Source of the DNA: an uncultured Gammaproteobacteria bacterium
Lineage (GTDB): Bacteria; Pseudomonadota; Gammaproteobacteria; UBA6002
Assembly: GCA_963705725.1 (NCBI GenBank)
Contig: CAVPKM010000013.1
Location: 1-64,000 of the forward strand
DNA: 64,000 nt
Reading direction: 5' to 3'
Shown here piece by piece: positions 7,532 through 18,431 of this stretch; the first letter of the stretch is position 1, and each line of letters begins with the position of its first letter. The notes under the pieces were generated by a model that saw only the letters and a program-made list of their open reading frames with translations, made no database searches and was not told where the DNA came from. The translations under genes and the position numbers were made by a program.

Positions 7532-10352
7532 CTATTTAGCACAGGGTTGAACGTCCTGAGGAGAAGCACTTGCCGTATCCAATAAATTCTCACCACAGTG
7601 TTTGGCAATTTCTAAGCGTATCATCATTCTAAGGCGGTTGGCTTCTCGCCAATCTTTATCGCGAGGTGAGATAGGCCTGCCTATCCAAACAGAGATCGGA
7701 TGAGACTTTAACAGCCATTGCCCACTTCTCATTATTATTCTTGGACCTTTTAGGGCGATGGGGCAGATTGGGGCTGCAGTGTCGGTTGCAATTTTAAAAG
7801 CACCTAATTTGAATGGGCGAAGACCGGTTGCATAGCTGAAAGTGCCTTCAGGAAATATCATTAGCGACTGGCCTGCTTGTAATTTTTTGAGCAGAATCTC
7901 TGTGTCAGCCAAGCTTTCTGAAAAATCTACACGATCGATGAAGAGGCAACCTAATTTTGTCATAACCGAGCGAAGGATAGGGATGTGGGATAATTCTTTT
8001 TTGGCAATGAATAAAACATCCAGCGGTAGAATACTAATGAGCACTAATACATCCAGGTAGCTGGTATGATTAGATACATAAATTTGGCTCTCCTGGTGCT
8101 GAAGAAACGTGCCGCCCTTTACTCGTATGGGACAGCCAATCAGCATGAAAAAACTGCGCGCACAAAATTTAATTATTTTTCTGGCCGATTTCTGAGAAGA
8201 GAAGGGAAGTGCCACCAAGGGTGGCAAAAAAATAAAAAAACTTATTAGATAGGCATAAACTGTAAAAATCACGCTAAAAACTTGCAGAAGCAGACGATTG
8301 CCCTGCTTGAGACAGCCAAGCAGCCATAATTTTGATAATTGTAGCCAGGTAGGAGGCTGTTTTTTTTGCAATTTTCCTTGTAGGTAGAGTGCCTTGGTGC
8401 TTGAGCGTTGTAGCTTGCCGCTTGAAGTTTTAGGGATCGACTTAGGAGGAGTCAGCAAAATTTTGTCAGGGGGCTCTCCGATTGCATGAATGATTGCTTC
8501 TCTGATTTCAGCAGTCAGTGTTTGGAGAGGAATGGATCGGGTTTCCTTTGTTTCTGCGACAACGATCAGTTGTTCAGTCCCCTGTTTTGGATTAATCACG
8601 CCAAAGGCCGCCACGCAACCTTTTCGAATGCCTTTTACTTGAGCGGTGATTTCTTCAATTTCTTGAGGGTAAAGATTTCGGCCGGCTTTGACAATCAAAT
8701 CTTTTTTTCGACCAGTAATAAAAATTTCACCTTCAGCTTGATAGCCAAGATCACCACTATGCCACCAATCGCCGCAGGCAACTTGGTGGGTTGCTTTTGC
8801 ATTACGATAATAACCTTGCATGGCAGAAGGCCCTTTAAAGATCAAATTACCAATGACCCGCTCGTCCACTTTGTCCCCCTTGTCATTGATAAATTGGATT
8901 TCATGATTAGGGAGCGGCTGACCGCAAGAAACAAATTCCAGATAATTTTTTTCATTTAAATTAATTGGCTTGGCAACTTGGTTTTCATTGAATTCGAGGC
9001 GAGAAATTTTATCGATTCGCACTGCTCTATCAAGCGGTGGAAAAGAAAGGGCGACAGAGGATTCAGCAAGTCCATAAACGGGATATAGTACAGTTTCTCT
9101 AAGCCCATATTTTTCAAATCGTTTTAGAAAATTTGTGAGGGTTTTTGGGTAAATGGCTTCAGCACCATTAAAAGCAAGGCGCCAAGTGCTTAGATCGAGA
9201 CCCTCGATGGCTTGATTCTCTATTTTGGAAGTACAAACTTCGTAAGCAAAATTGGGTCCGGCAGATAGCGTTGCGCGATGATAATGAATTGTCCATAGCC
9301 ACCGTTCGGGATGATTTAAAAAAGAAATGGGGGATAAAATGGTGATTGGAATGCCAAAATAAAGACTGCCAAGCCAAGCACCGATCAAGCCCATATCATG
9401 ATAAAGCGGAAGCCAGCTTACGACGACGTCAGTAGGTTTAATGGCAATGGCTTGTCCGATGGCGCGGATATTCGCCAGTAAGTTGTGGTGCGTTAATAAG
9501 ACACCTTTCGGATCTCCGGTGCTGCCGGAAGTGTATTGAATCAAGGCGCTATCTGTCCCTGATGTTTGATGCGAATAAAAAGGATGACTTAAGGCCATTA
9601 GCTCGGTGACTGTGGTGACCGCTTTTAGGCTAGGAATAAAATTTTTAAGTATTTTATTCAATAAATTAACGCGCAAAAATGAAATTAAGATCCGAACTTC
9701 TGCATTTTGTAAAATCTTGGCTTCTCTTTTGGCATATTCTTCAATTTTATCTGCTCTAAAAGGAGGATAAATAGGGACAGGTAGACCGCCTGCAAGCAAC
9801 ACGCCAAAAAATGCGTAAAAAAAATCTTCACAGGTGGGGAGCATAATGGCAACAGTTTCGTATTGCCTTAAGCCAAGATGTTGCAAACCTTCTGCTGTTT
9901 TCTTAGATTTTTCATAAAGCTCGCCATAACGAATAATTTTTTCATGGCCCATTTCGTCTTGTAAGTAAAGATGAATACGTTCTGGCTCTTTTTCAGCATA
10001 ATTTTGTAGCAATTCGGTTAAGGAAGTGGCATGAAGCGGGTTGACCCTTGAAACTTCCAGCGAGGGAAAAAATTCATGATAATGAATTCTATTGGTGGTT
10101 GGCGGAATCTATCGCTGGAATAATGTCTGCTAAAGAATCCGCTTGTGCGATAAGAGAATCAGGAAGCTGGATGACAAAGGCTTTTTCAATACGATGAAAT
10201 AATTCAGCCCGCTCCAAGCTGCCTATTCCCAACTCTTTTTCAAAAGATGCCGCCAATGAAACCACGCGTAAAGCGTTTTCTGATTCGAGTTCTTGAAGAA
10301 AATTTCTTAATATCTGGAGCGCTTGGCGTTCAGTTGTCGTGAGTTCCTTCAT
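7532..10352 (-). CDS. ACP / fatty acyl-AMP ligase / 1-acylglycerol-3-phosphate acyltransferase tri-domain protein, one frameshift near 10095
   Basis: 10089-10352 is an ACP (LGIGSLER). 7532-10012 has QYTSGSTGDPKG, SWLPLYHDMGLIG, YGLAE and SGDLG (FAAL-type), then NHTSYLD and FPEGT (PlsC). The 10012 frame stays open up to about 10100. Confidence 0.85.
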
Positions 10353-10457
10353 GGGTTATGCTTCCTATGCTCTTCGTGTGAATTTTATGCCGCTTAGGAC
10401 CCACATTTTACAAAAACAAGGACTCGTTGCCATGATTTTTAAATCAATTTCTCTGAT

Positions 10458-11843
10458 ATGCCAATAAAATTCATTTTTCTTTGGAGTGATCTACTCGTTT
10501 ATTTACTTTTTATCAGCATCTTACTTTTTTCTCTATGGGCGAGACGGGTTGATATTTGGCGAGCACCTTGGGCAAGAATCTGCCAAAAAAAATTAGTGAT
10601 GATGGCAGGGGTTTTTTTGTTAGCGTATGCCTCAACCACCTTGTTAGATTCAATTCATTTTAAGTACAACCAAGAAGCAGGGGGCGGTAATTATCGAGTG
10701 CAAAGTCTGTTAGATTACTTTTTAAAGCCCCTTGGCACACAAGATGAAAATACTTACTCGGCTCCGTTTGCTTTGTATTCCAGTGCCAAGGTGACCGGCT
10801 TTGTTCATGGAAAGCTAGAAAGTTATTACCCTCGCCTTAAATATAGTGGCATAGCGCTACAGAACCCTGCGCAAAAAGCGAAAAATATTGTCTATCAATT
10901 GGGCGTGGTTACCCTGCTTTGTATTGGCTTTTCAACCATAGTGATAATGATTTTCGTTTTCTGGCTCGCATATCATCGTCATTCCAGTGTAAAGCAAATA
11001 GCGATCAATATCATTAAGGGAAAGCTGAATATCGCTTGGCGTGAAATATTAATTGTCGTGATCGCCATCATTTGGATAATTTGCTTTATTAAGGTGTTGT
11101 CGCTTGACTATCATATTCTTGGAACAGATAAAATTGGTCATGATATTCTTTATGAAACAATCAAGAGCATTCGTACTGGATTGATTATTGGAACCTTAAC
11201 CACCTTGGTCATGTTGCCGTTTGCCGTTTTTTTTGGCGCTTACGCAGGATATTATGGTGGCTGGCGAGATGATGTCATTCAATATCTCTACACGACATTA
11301 AGTTCTATTCCCGGCGTGTTGCTCATCTCTGCCGCTGTTCTGTCTCTTCAGGTTTTTATTGCTAACCATGTAAATTTATTTCCTACGCTTGAAAGTCGAG
11401 CAGATGTCAGGCTGTTGGCGCTTTGCTTTATTTTAGGTATAACCAGTTGGACCAGTCTTTGTCGTTTGATACGGGCAGATACGTTAAAATTAAGAGAAAT
11501 GGACTATGTCAAAGCAGCGGTTGTTCTAGGGGCAACCAAAAATAAAATACTGCTACGTCATATATTACCGAATGTCATGCACATTATTGTGATTACCCTC
11601 GTCCTAGATTTTAGTGGCTTGGTATTAGCAGAAGCCGTATTGTCCTATGTTGGAGTAGGGGTGGATCCTATTACTCCAAGCTGGGGAAATATGATTAATA
11701 GCGGACGGCTAGATTTAGCCAGAGACCCAGTGGTATGGTGGCCGCTATTTGCCGCATTTCTATTCATGTTTATCCTGGTTTTATCGGCAAATCTTTTTGC
11801 GGATGCATTGAGAGATGCTTTTGATCCCAGGCAGGAAAAATAA
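10458..11843 (+). CDS. Oligopeptide ABC transporter permease (DppC/OppC-like)
   Basis: HILGTDKIGHD, EAA-like loop (DYVKAAVVLGA..ILLRHILPN), PSWGNMI. Confidence 0.92.
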   Translation: MPIKFIFLWSDLLVYLLFISILLFSLWARRVDIWRAPWARICQKKLVMMAGVFLLAYASTTLLDSIHFKYNQEAGGGNYRVQSLLDYFLKPLGTQDENTYSAPFALYSSAKVTGFVHGKLESYYPRLKYSGIALQNPAQKAKNIVYQLGVVTLLCIGFSTIVIMIFVFWLAYHRHSSVKQIAINIIKGKLNIAWREILIVVIAIIWIICFIKVLSLDYHILGTDKIGHDILYETIKSIRTGLIIGTLTTLVMLPFAVFFGAYAGYYGGWRDDVIQYLYTTLSSIPGVLLISAAVLSLQVFIANHVNLFPTLESRADVRLLALCFILGITSWTSLCRLIRADTLKLREMDYVKAAVVLGATKNKILLRHILPNVMHIIVITLVLDFSGLVLAEAVLSYVGVGVDPITPSWGNMINSGRLDLARDPVVWWPLFAAFLFMFILVLSANLFADALRDAFDPRQEK

Positions 11844-11849
11844 AAAGTC

Positions 11850-13466
11850 ATGTTGAAACGCTTGCTGAAGGTGGAAAATTTAACTGTTCATTTGTCTGAT
11901 GGGGAAGCGGGCAAGGAGTTGTTAAAAGACATCAGCTTCGAAATTTTCGAAGGTCAAACGGTGGCTTTAGTAGGAGAGTCAGGAAGTGGTAAAACATTAA
12001 TTTCCCTCGCTATTATGCAGCTTTTGCCCGCCTGGTTTGAAATTAATCCAAAAGCCACAATTTTATTGAATGAAGAAGATTTGCTTACCTACTCTGAGCT
12101 CAAAATGAGGCGGATTAGAGGTAGGCAGATAGGAATGATTTTCCAAGAAGCCATGACTTCCCTCAATCCTGTGATGACCATTGGTCAGCAGATTATGGAA
12201 GTGTTGCGCTGCCATTTTAAGCTGTCAGCTAAAGCCTGTCGAAATCAAGTGATCAGCTTATTAGAGGAAGTGGGGATGCCCAATTCAGCTTATTATTTCA
12301 ATGCATACCCTCACCAATTATCCGGTGGACTTAAACAACGGGCAATGATTGCCATGGCATTAGCGGGAGAGCCTGCGTTACTTATTGCTGATGAGCCAAC
12401 CACCGCGCTTGATGTCACATTGCAGGCTCAAATTATTCAGCTGCTTAAAAAAATCCAAGCTCAAAGGCAGATGGGCTTACTATTTATTACCCATGATTTA
12501 AGTGTGGTCTACCAGGTAGCAGATCAGGTTGTGGTGCTGCACCAAGGTAAAGTGGTAGAAAAAGCACCGCGGCTAGAATTTTTTCAATCACCACAGCATC
12601 CCTATAGTCATCAGCTATTTGCTTCGTTACCGGGGTGGATGACGCGTTTGTCTCGAAGACAGGAAAATCTAACCGAAACCTTGTTAAAAATTGACCATTT
12701 GAAAGTCTACTACCCAATCAGAAAAGGTTTACTTAAACGTAGAGTCGGCTATATCAAGGCAGTTGACGATGTTTCTTTAGAGTTAAAAGCAGGCAAGACG
12801 TTAGCACTTGTTGGGGAGTCAGGTTCAGGTAAAACGACAACTGGGATGGCGATTCTCAAATTGGCACCTATACTAAGTGGTACGATTTTATTTAACAATT
12901 TTAATATCACGGAATTAACCGCTAAACAATTGCATTTGCAACGGCAAAATTTACAAATTGTTTTTCAAGATCCTTATAATGCAATGGATCCAAGAATGCC
13001 AATTCGCGACATTATTGGAGAAGGGATACAAATAAGAGATAAAGAATTGCGAGAAGCGCAAATTAGGCAACTTTTATTCTCTGTGGGTTTAGATCCAAAA
13101 ATTCAGCATCGCTACCCTCATGAATTTTCAGGAGGTCAGCGGCAACGAATCTGCATTGCGAGAGCACTTGCCGTTAAACCGAAGCTGCTCATTTGTGACG
13201 AACCCACTTCAGCGCTAGATGTGTCGTCTCAGCGGCAAGTACTGCAATTGTTATTGCAGCTGCAAGAAGAGTTTAAGTTAGCCTACTTGCTGATTACCCA
13301 TAATATTGCGGTAGTGGACTATATGGCAGATCAAGTGGCGGTCATGTATCAAGGAAAAATTGTTGAATCTGGAGAAGTGGCTGAAGTCTTGAGTTGTCCT
13401 GTTCATCCCTATACAAAAAAATTGCTGAATGCAGCTTTTAAAGTGCCGGCTCGTAGAGATGACTAA
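11850..13466 (+). CDS. Peptide ABC transporter ATP-binding protein, duplicated ATPase (YejF/GsiA-like)
   Basis: Two GESGSGKT Walker A motifs, [16 protein letters not shown] signatures, two DEPT motifs. Confidence 0.95.
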   Translation: MLKRLLKVENLTVHLSDGEAGKELLKDISFEIFEGQTVALVGESGSGKTLISLAIMQLLPAWFEINPKATILLNEEDLLTYSELKMRRIRGRQIGMIFQEAMTSLNPVMTIGQQIMEVLRCHFKLSAKACRNQVISLLEEVGMPNSAYYFNAYPHQLSGGLKQRAMIAMALAGEPALLIADEPTTALDVTLQAQIIQLLKKIQAQRQMGLLFITHDLSVVYQVADQVVVLHQGKVVEKAPRLEFFQSPQHPYSHQLFASLPGWMTRLSRRQENLTETLLKIDHLKVYYPIRKGLLKRRVGYIKAVDDVSLELKAGKTLALVGESGSGKTTTGMAILKLAPILSGTILFNNFNITELTAKQLHLQRQNLQIVFQDPYNAMDPRMPIRDIIGEGIQIRDKELREAQIRQLLFSVGLDPKIQHRYPHEFSGGQRQRICIARALAVKPKLLICDEPTSALDVSSQRQVLQLLLQLQEEFKLAYLLITHNIAVVDYMADQVAVMYQGKIVESGEVAEVLSCPVHPYTKKLLNAAFKVPARRDD

Positions 13467-13535
13467 ACATTGACTTTGAATGCTAAGAATTGAAAAATGA
13501 TAGGGAAAACCTATGTATTAATGGAAGGCTAAAAA

Positions 13536-14627
13536 ATGGTAGAAGATATTGAAGAAGTGCTGCTATTTGATGAAATCATGGGCGTGGGTGGTAGCATTGG
13601 TTTAATTACACTCAATAGACCCTCGGCTTTAAATTCCCTGACAAAAGAAATGTGTCTGACCATTGATGAAAAGCTTGTTGAATGGGATCAAAAAGATCAC
13701 ATTAAGGCTGTGATCGTAAGAGCAGAAGGCGACCAGGCTTTTTGTGCTGGCGGGGATATTCGATTTGTGTATGATCAAGGCCGATTGGGCGCTAAAAAAT
13801 CAAGAAAGTTTTTTTGGCACGAGTATCGAATGAATCATCGAATTTTTCATTTCTCTAAGCCCTACATTGCCTTGTTGCACGGCATTACCATGGGTGGTGG
13901 AGTGGGACTTGCTATTCATGGCAGTCATCGTGTTGCAGCTGAAAATTTACTATTTGCTATGCCAGAGACGGGAATTGGCTTTTATCCTGATGTGGGCGGC
14001 AGTTACTTCTTGCCGAGGTGCACAGGTACCACTGGCTATTATATTGCGCTAACAGGAGCAAGGCTGCATATTGCTGATGCATTATATGCCGGAGTCATTG
14101 ACCATGTTGTTCCAAAGGAAGAATTTAATAATCTTATCTGCGCGCTTTTGGAGGCGAAATTCACTGAAAACACCGATATGCAGGTATCAGATATTATTAA
14201 TTCTTTTAGTATGAATATGGAGGGCATGGATATCTCTAAGCCCCATCTGGTAGAAAAGCGCTCTGAAATCAATCAAATTTTTTCTTTGAATACAGTTGAA
14301 GCCATCATCAAAATGTTAAATGAATCTAGTGATGAATGGTGTCAGAATGTCTTGACAACCCTATTGCAGAAATCTCCTACCAGTTTAAAAGTCACGCTTC
14401 AACAACTGCAATTTGGCGCGCAAATGAACTTTGATGATTGCATGCGAATGGAGTACCGCATTACCCAGCATTTTCTCCGTCATCCTGATTTTTACGAAGG
14501 CATCCGTTCCGTGGTCATCGACAAAGATCGAACTCCAAGTTGGCGCCCTGATACCCTTGAAGAAATCACCCCCGAAATATTAGAAGAATTTTTTGAGCCG
14601 ATGGCAGAAGATATTGAATTTGCCTGA
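13536..14627 (+). CDS. 3-hydroxyisobutyryl-CoA hydrolase (enoyl-CoA hydratase/isomerase family)
   Basis: LNRPSALNSL, AFCAGGD, GITMGGG, AMPETGIGFYPDVG, DFYEGIR..IDKD..P.W. Confidence 0.9.
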   Translation: MVEDIEEVLLFDEIMGVGGSIGLITLNRPSALNSLTKEMCLTIDEKLVEWDQKDHIKAVIVRAEGDQAFCAGGDIRFVYDQGRLGAKKSRKFFWHEYRMNHRIFHFSKPYIALLHGITMGGGVGLAIHGSHRVAAENLLFAMPETGIGFYPDVGGSYFLPRCTGTTGYYIALTGARLHIADALYAGVIDHVVPKEEFNNLICALLEAKFTENTDMQVSDIINSFSMNMEGMDISKPHLVEKRSEINQIFSLNTVEAIIKMLNESSDEWCQNVLTTLLQKSPTSLKVTLQQLQFGAQMNFDDCMRMEYRITQHFLRHPDFYEGIRSVVIDKDRTPSWRPDTLEEITPEILEEFFEPMAEDIEFA

Positions 14628-14643
14628 ATTGATTCCTGCTCTA

Positions 14644-14676
14644 TTTAAGATTTATTTAATTATATTGCTATAAGCT
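14644..14676 (+). promoter_or_regulatory. PmrA-like box plus -10 element
   Basis: tTTAAgaTT-ta-tTTAAttat, then 7 nt, then TAAGCT (TAnnnT). This fits the Legionella/Coxiella PmrA layout upstream of the orphan at 14719. Confidence 0.55.
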
Positions 14677-14718
14677 GGTTAATTTATAACTATTTAACAC
14701 GAAAAATGTGGAGTTTAT

Positions 14719-16305
14719 ATGCAAGCGAATAATCTAGAACAGGAAACCAGTTTTTTTGAAATCTTTTTACTTTTATCAAATGCAAGAGATATCTATAAAC
14801 TGTTTTCACTGCTAAAAAAAGACCTAATCCAAACCAATCCCGCTATTCAAGATTTAATACAAGATTTAGAAAAAAAGGTTAGCGAGTTGGTGCCGCAACT
14901 AGCGGCAAATTTTTTTAATGCCTTTGAGCAAAAGTTAGGGCATCAGGTAGCTAAAATGCGGGAAGAGGGTCTGCTGTTTCTTTCACAAGCAGTAATTGCC
15001 ACCCTGGAAGACTTGAAACAAAAAAAAATGAGAATCAGTAAAAGTTTCACTAGCGGGCGTAATCACTACTTAGTTGAAAATGCGCTAACCCTACAGTTAT
15101 TTACAGTTTATCTCAAATTTGGGCAGGATACCTTTATCAATCGGATTCAAGCACTCACGCTATCCAATGGTAAGTTAACGCTAGAAGATCACGATAAAAT
15201 TACCCAGCTTCTCGTAGATTTCAGTAATTATGATGATTTTATTGACTTTCGAATCACAGATGAATCACTTGTATCTACCCTAACGCAACTCAAAGCAGCT
15301 ATCGTAACGCTTTTGAGACAAGAAGGTTTTACGGGTCTTCGTCAAACGGTTAATGCATTTGAAGAAATAATGAAAGTGAATCAGGCTGTCACCTCTGTTC
15401 AGCTGACAGAGGATGAAGTTGTGCATTTGGGTATGTTGATGAACGAGTATTTTCTTAGTCAATCTACCCCTTGCCCCGCTGACATTACTCGTTGCATTAG
15501 TTATATTAATAAAATAAAACCCATTTACACTGTTAATTTAGACGATTTACAGCAACTTTTTGAGTGGGGCTTGTTGCTAAACAAAATTGAATTTATTACC
15601 CCTCGCTACGCGCCGGGCAGTCAAATTTATCACACCTATACGGGATTAGGTTTAAGCTTGATCGCCTATAGCAAGTTCATTCCTGTATGCAAAGCAATCA
15701 TCAATGATTTGACGGCTAGAGGAAAAACTCAAGCAGCAGCGCAAGTTATGCGTTACCAATGGTGTCTTCAAAGTTATTTTCAATTATCCACGCGTTTTGT
15801 TATGCCATTAACAGCATTTATTTCCGGATGCCAACAGACAATAGCGTCGTTAGAAGAAAAACCTCAGAAGCTAGTCGAAGGAATTGAGGCATTAAGCAAG
15901 TGTGCGGATATTTTAAACCAAAAAACCCAATCGATTGAGGCGCTCCAATGTCTTGTTGATTTCAGCGATGAAATCAAGCACTTGCTAGCGAGTCCCAAAG
16001 AGAAACCATTTTTTAGTTTCTTGGCTCCTCCTTGTCGAAGATCTGTTTTAAATGAGGTACTGCAATATTTTCAGAGCATTCAGCAACAACATTCTGAGAA
16101 TTATCACAATTACGTGGGCGTTCGAGATGAAATGACAACTATTTTATTGAGAAATGATATTGACACCGAGAAATTCCTTGAAGTTAAACCGCAGGATAAT
16201 CCAGAGGAAGCCTTGCTTGCTAGTATTTATCAAGATTACTGTAGGCGAGCTCGGCAATATCAAGGCGCTGAGTCTGAGCAAAAAGTCGACAGTAGCTATC
16301 AATAA
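14719..16305 (+). CDS. Orphan helical protein, candidate secreted effector with a possible degenerate RhoGEF (DH) domain
   Basis: 528 aa, no bacterial motif recognised. YSKFIP..., LQSYFQLSTRFVMPL and LVEGIEALSKCADILNQK resemble DH conserved regions. PmrA-like box upstream. Confidence 0.5.
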   Translation: MQANNLEQETSFFEIFLLLSNARDIYKLFSLLKKDLIQTNPAIQDLIQDLEKKVSELVPQLAANFFNAFEQKLGHQVAKMREEGLLFLSQAVIATLEDLKQKKMRISKSFTSGRNHYLVENALTLQLFTVYLKFGQDTFINRIQALTLSNGKLTLEDHDKITQLLVDFSNYDDFIDFRITDESLVSTLTQLKAAIVTLLRQEGFTGLRQTVNAFEEIMKVNQAVTSVQLTEDEVVHLGMLMNEYFLSQSTPCPADITRCISYINKIKPIYTVNLDDLQQLFEWGLLLNKIEFITPRYAPGSQIYHTYTGLGLSLIAYSKFIPVCKAIINDLTARGKTQAAAQVMRYQWCLQSYFQLSTRFVMPLTAFISGCQQTIASLEEKPQKLVEGIEALSKCADILNQKTQSIEALQCLVDFSDEIKHLLASPKEKPFFSFLAPPCRRSVLNEVLQYFQSIQQQHSENYHNYVGVRDEMTTILLRNDIDTEKFLEVKPQDNPEEALLASIYQDYCRRARQYQGAESEQKVDSSYQ

Positions 16306-16441
16306 TAACCATAGATATGGTAGTTTAGGTAATCTTGTAATTTTCTCGGATTAAGTCATAATTTTCCACAACATAGGGGGCGGCTATCAATACAGGATGT
16401 AATGTTTGGCCGCTAGCTCCTGCTACATTAAGGATGATGAA

Positions 16442-17026
16442 ATGGAAAATGATACCTGCACACGCGGGTTTTTTGCTATTGAATTAAGTAGAGAGACCAA
16501 GGAATGTCTCATGACCTACCTCGCTTACTTAAAGAAAACCACAACAATTTCGATGAGATGGATAAAGGAGCCGCAACTACATTTAACATTGCGATTTATA
16601 GACGCTATTCCTCTTAATCAGTTAGAAAGCGTTTATGAGGACGCAGCAAAAATTCTAAGTAATTTCAAACCTTTTGATATTACATTACAGCAATTGATAG
16701 CTTTCCCTATTCAAAAACCTCGCATCATTGGAATGGGTATTGCTCCAACACCTGAGCTTTTATCTCTAGTCAATGCTTTAGATGATGGGTTAAACCACTT
16801 GGGATATGAGCCAGAAATAAAGCTGTTTCAGCCGCATATTACCTTAGGGCGTGTAGTTAAACCAAGAAAACGAATATTATCTTTACCAATTTTTGATTTA
16901 CCGAAAACCCAGCGTGTTAACTCCATCACACTATTTAAAAGTCACCTGACGCCCGCAGGCAGTTTTTATGTCACATTGCGCCAGTTTGATTTAGCTGCTA
17001 AAGAAGCTATGTCTCTGTGTCCATAG
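16442..17026 (+). CDS. thpR: RNA 2',3'-cyclic phosphodiesterase (2H family)
   Basis: R.FFAIEL, LHLTLRF and PHITLGR (two HxT motifs), S.LTP.GS.Y. ATG 16442 follows AAGGA. Confidence 0.9.
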   Translation: MENDTCTRGFFAIELSRETKECLMTYLAYLKKTTTISMRWIKEPQLHLTLRFIDAIPLNQLESVYEDAAKILSNFKPFDITLQQLIAFPIQKPRIIGMGIAPTPELLSLVNALDDGLNHLGYEPEIKLFQPHITLGRVVKPRKRILSLPIFDLPKTQRVNSITLFKSHLTPAGSFYVTLRQFDLAAKEAMSLCP

Positions 17027-18431
17027 TCTTAATTAACTTGCGTCGCCAGCAGGGTTTACGCAGGAGATAAATCACAATGGGCGGAGCAAGTAACAACAGC
17101 GTTCCGATAACTAATATCATTTCAAAAATTCTCACATTGCCAACTGGTAGCTGGGCGGGCGGAATAAAACTTAGAATAATTGCCGTGATAGCGGTCAGAA
17201 TTCCAAGCATCCCAACCACCCCCATCCCCAGTTGTCCGCAAGGGACGCGATAAGGTCTTGCGACATCTTTAGCTTTATAGCGCAGCCAAATCCCCGCGGC
17301 AAATAAGGCAATATAAACCAGCATAGCAAGCACGGCAGTCATCGCTGTTAGCACCCAATAGCTGCTGCTAACAGTTGGCATCAATAAAAATACAGTACAG
17401 AGCAAGGTGAAGATAATGGCTTGAAAAATTAATAGGGTCACAGGCACGCCTTTATTATTTACCCATCCGAACACAGGTGGAACACTTCCATCCTTAGCTG
17501 CAACGAGCAGTCCTTTTGTTGGTCCGATAATCCATGTTGCCACGCTGCCAACCCCCCCTAATATGATCAATATGGTGATAACAGGTCCCATCCATTTCAT
17601 ATGATAAGCGGCGAAAAAAATTTCAAAAGCTTGCACCAACCCTGTGACGACATTCAAGTCTCGATTAGGAACAACCATAGCAATGGCTAGAGAAGAGAAA
17701 ATTAAACTAAAAAGAATTAACATGCTGGAATAGGCAATGGCCTTGGGGTAAACCTTGTCTGGTTGTTTGACTTCATCTGCATGAACAGCCGACATCTCTA
17801 GTCCAACTAGACCGAATAATACAGCCGTCAGAAAGGAAAGCGTCCTTGGGTGATCAAAGGTCGGGATCAGCTGTGTTAAATGAAAATCAATTTGACTCGG
17901 ATTGCCTTTTATCAACCAATAAAATCCTAAGCTGATAATAAATAGCATCGGGAATAGTGTGCCTAACAAAGCGCCTAAACTGCTGACTAGACTCGACGCT
18001 TTCATGCCATAAAAATTTACAATGGTAGCGCACCAAAAAATACTCATGATGACAAGCAACATATAGAGCTTGCTTTCTGCTAATTGTGGGTTAATTAAAT
18101 AAGCTAAAGTAGCAGCAATGAAGGAAAGGATACTCGGGTACCAAACAATATTATAAACCCATTGCAACCAGATAATGACAAATCCGGGTAATTCACCAAA
18201 AGCCTCACGTACCCAAACATAGATGCCTCCTTTGTTTGGCCAAGCGGTGGCCAATTCCGCGGCGACAAGCCCAGTAGGAATAAAAAAACAAAGTGCGGCA
18301 ATGACATAGTAAAAAACTAGGGTGAGGCCATATTCGGCGCTAAACGGTAAGCTTCTTAAGCTGTCAACCGCGATGATATTAATCATCACAATCTGAAATA
18401 AGCGCAAAGGCTTAGAAGAGGTGGCAGCCAT
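17007..18431 (-). CDS. APC-family amino acid permease (GadC-like)
   Basis: FFIPTGLVAAELAT, GGIYVWVREAFG, GLEMSAVHA, about 12 TM segments. Confidence 0.9.
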   Translation of the reverse strand: MAATSSKPLRLFQIVMINIIAVDSLRSLPFSAEYGLTLVFYYVIAALCFFIPTGLVAAELATAWPNKGGIYVWVREAFGELPGFVIIWLQWVYNIVWYPSILSFIAATLAYLINPQLAESKLYMLLVIMSIFWCATIVNFYGMKASSLVSSLGALLGTLFPMLFIISLGFYWLIKGNPSQIDFHLTQLIPTFDHPRTLSFLTAVLFGLVGLEMSAVHADEVKQPDKVYPKAIAYSSMLILFSLIFSSLAIAMVVPNRDLNVVTGLVQAFEIFFAAYHMKWMGPVITILIILGGVGSVATWIIGPTKGLLVAAKDGSVPPVFGWVNNKGVPVTLLIFQAIIFTLLCTVFLLMPTVSSSYWVLTAMTAVLAMLVYIALFAAGIWLRYKAKDVARPYRVPCGQLGMGVVGMLGILTAITAIILSFIPPAQLPVGNVRIFEMILVIGTLLLLAPPIVIYLLRKPCWRRKLIKTMDTET

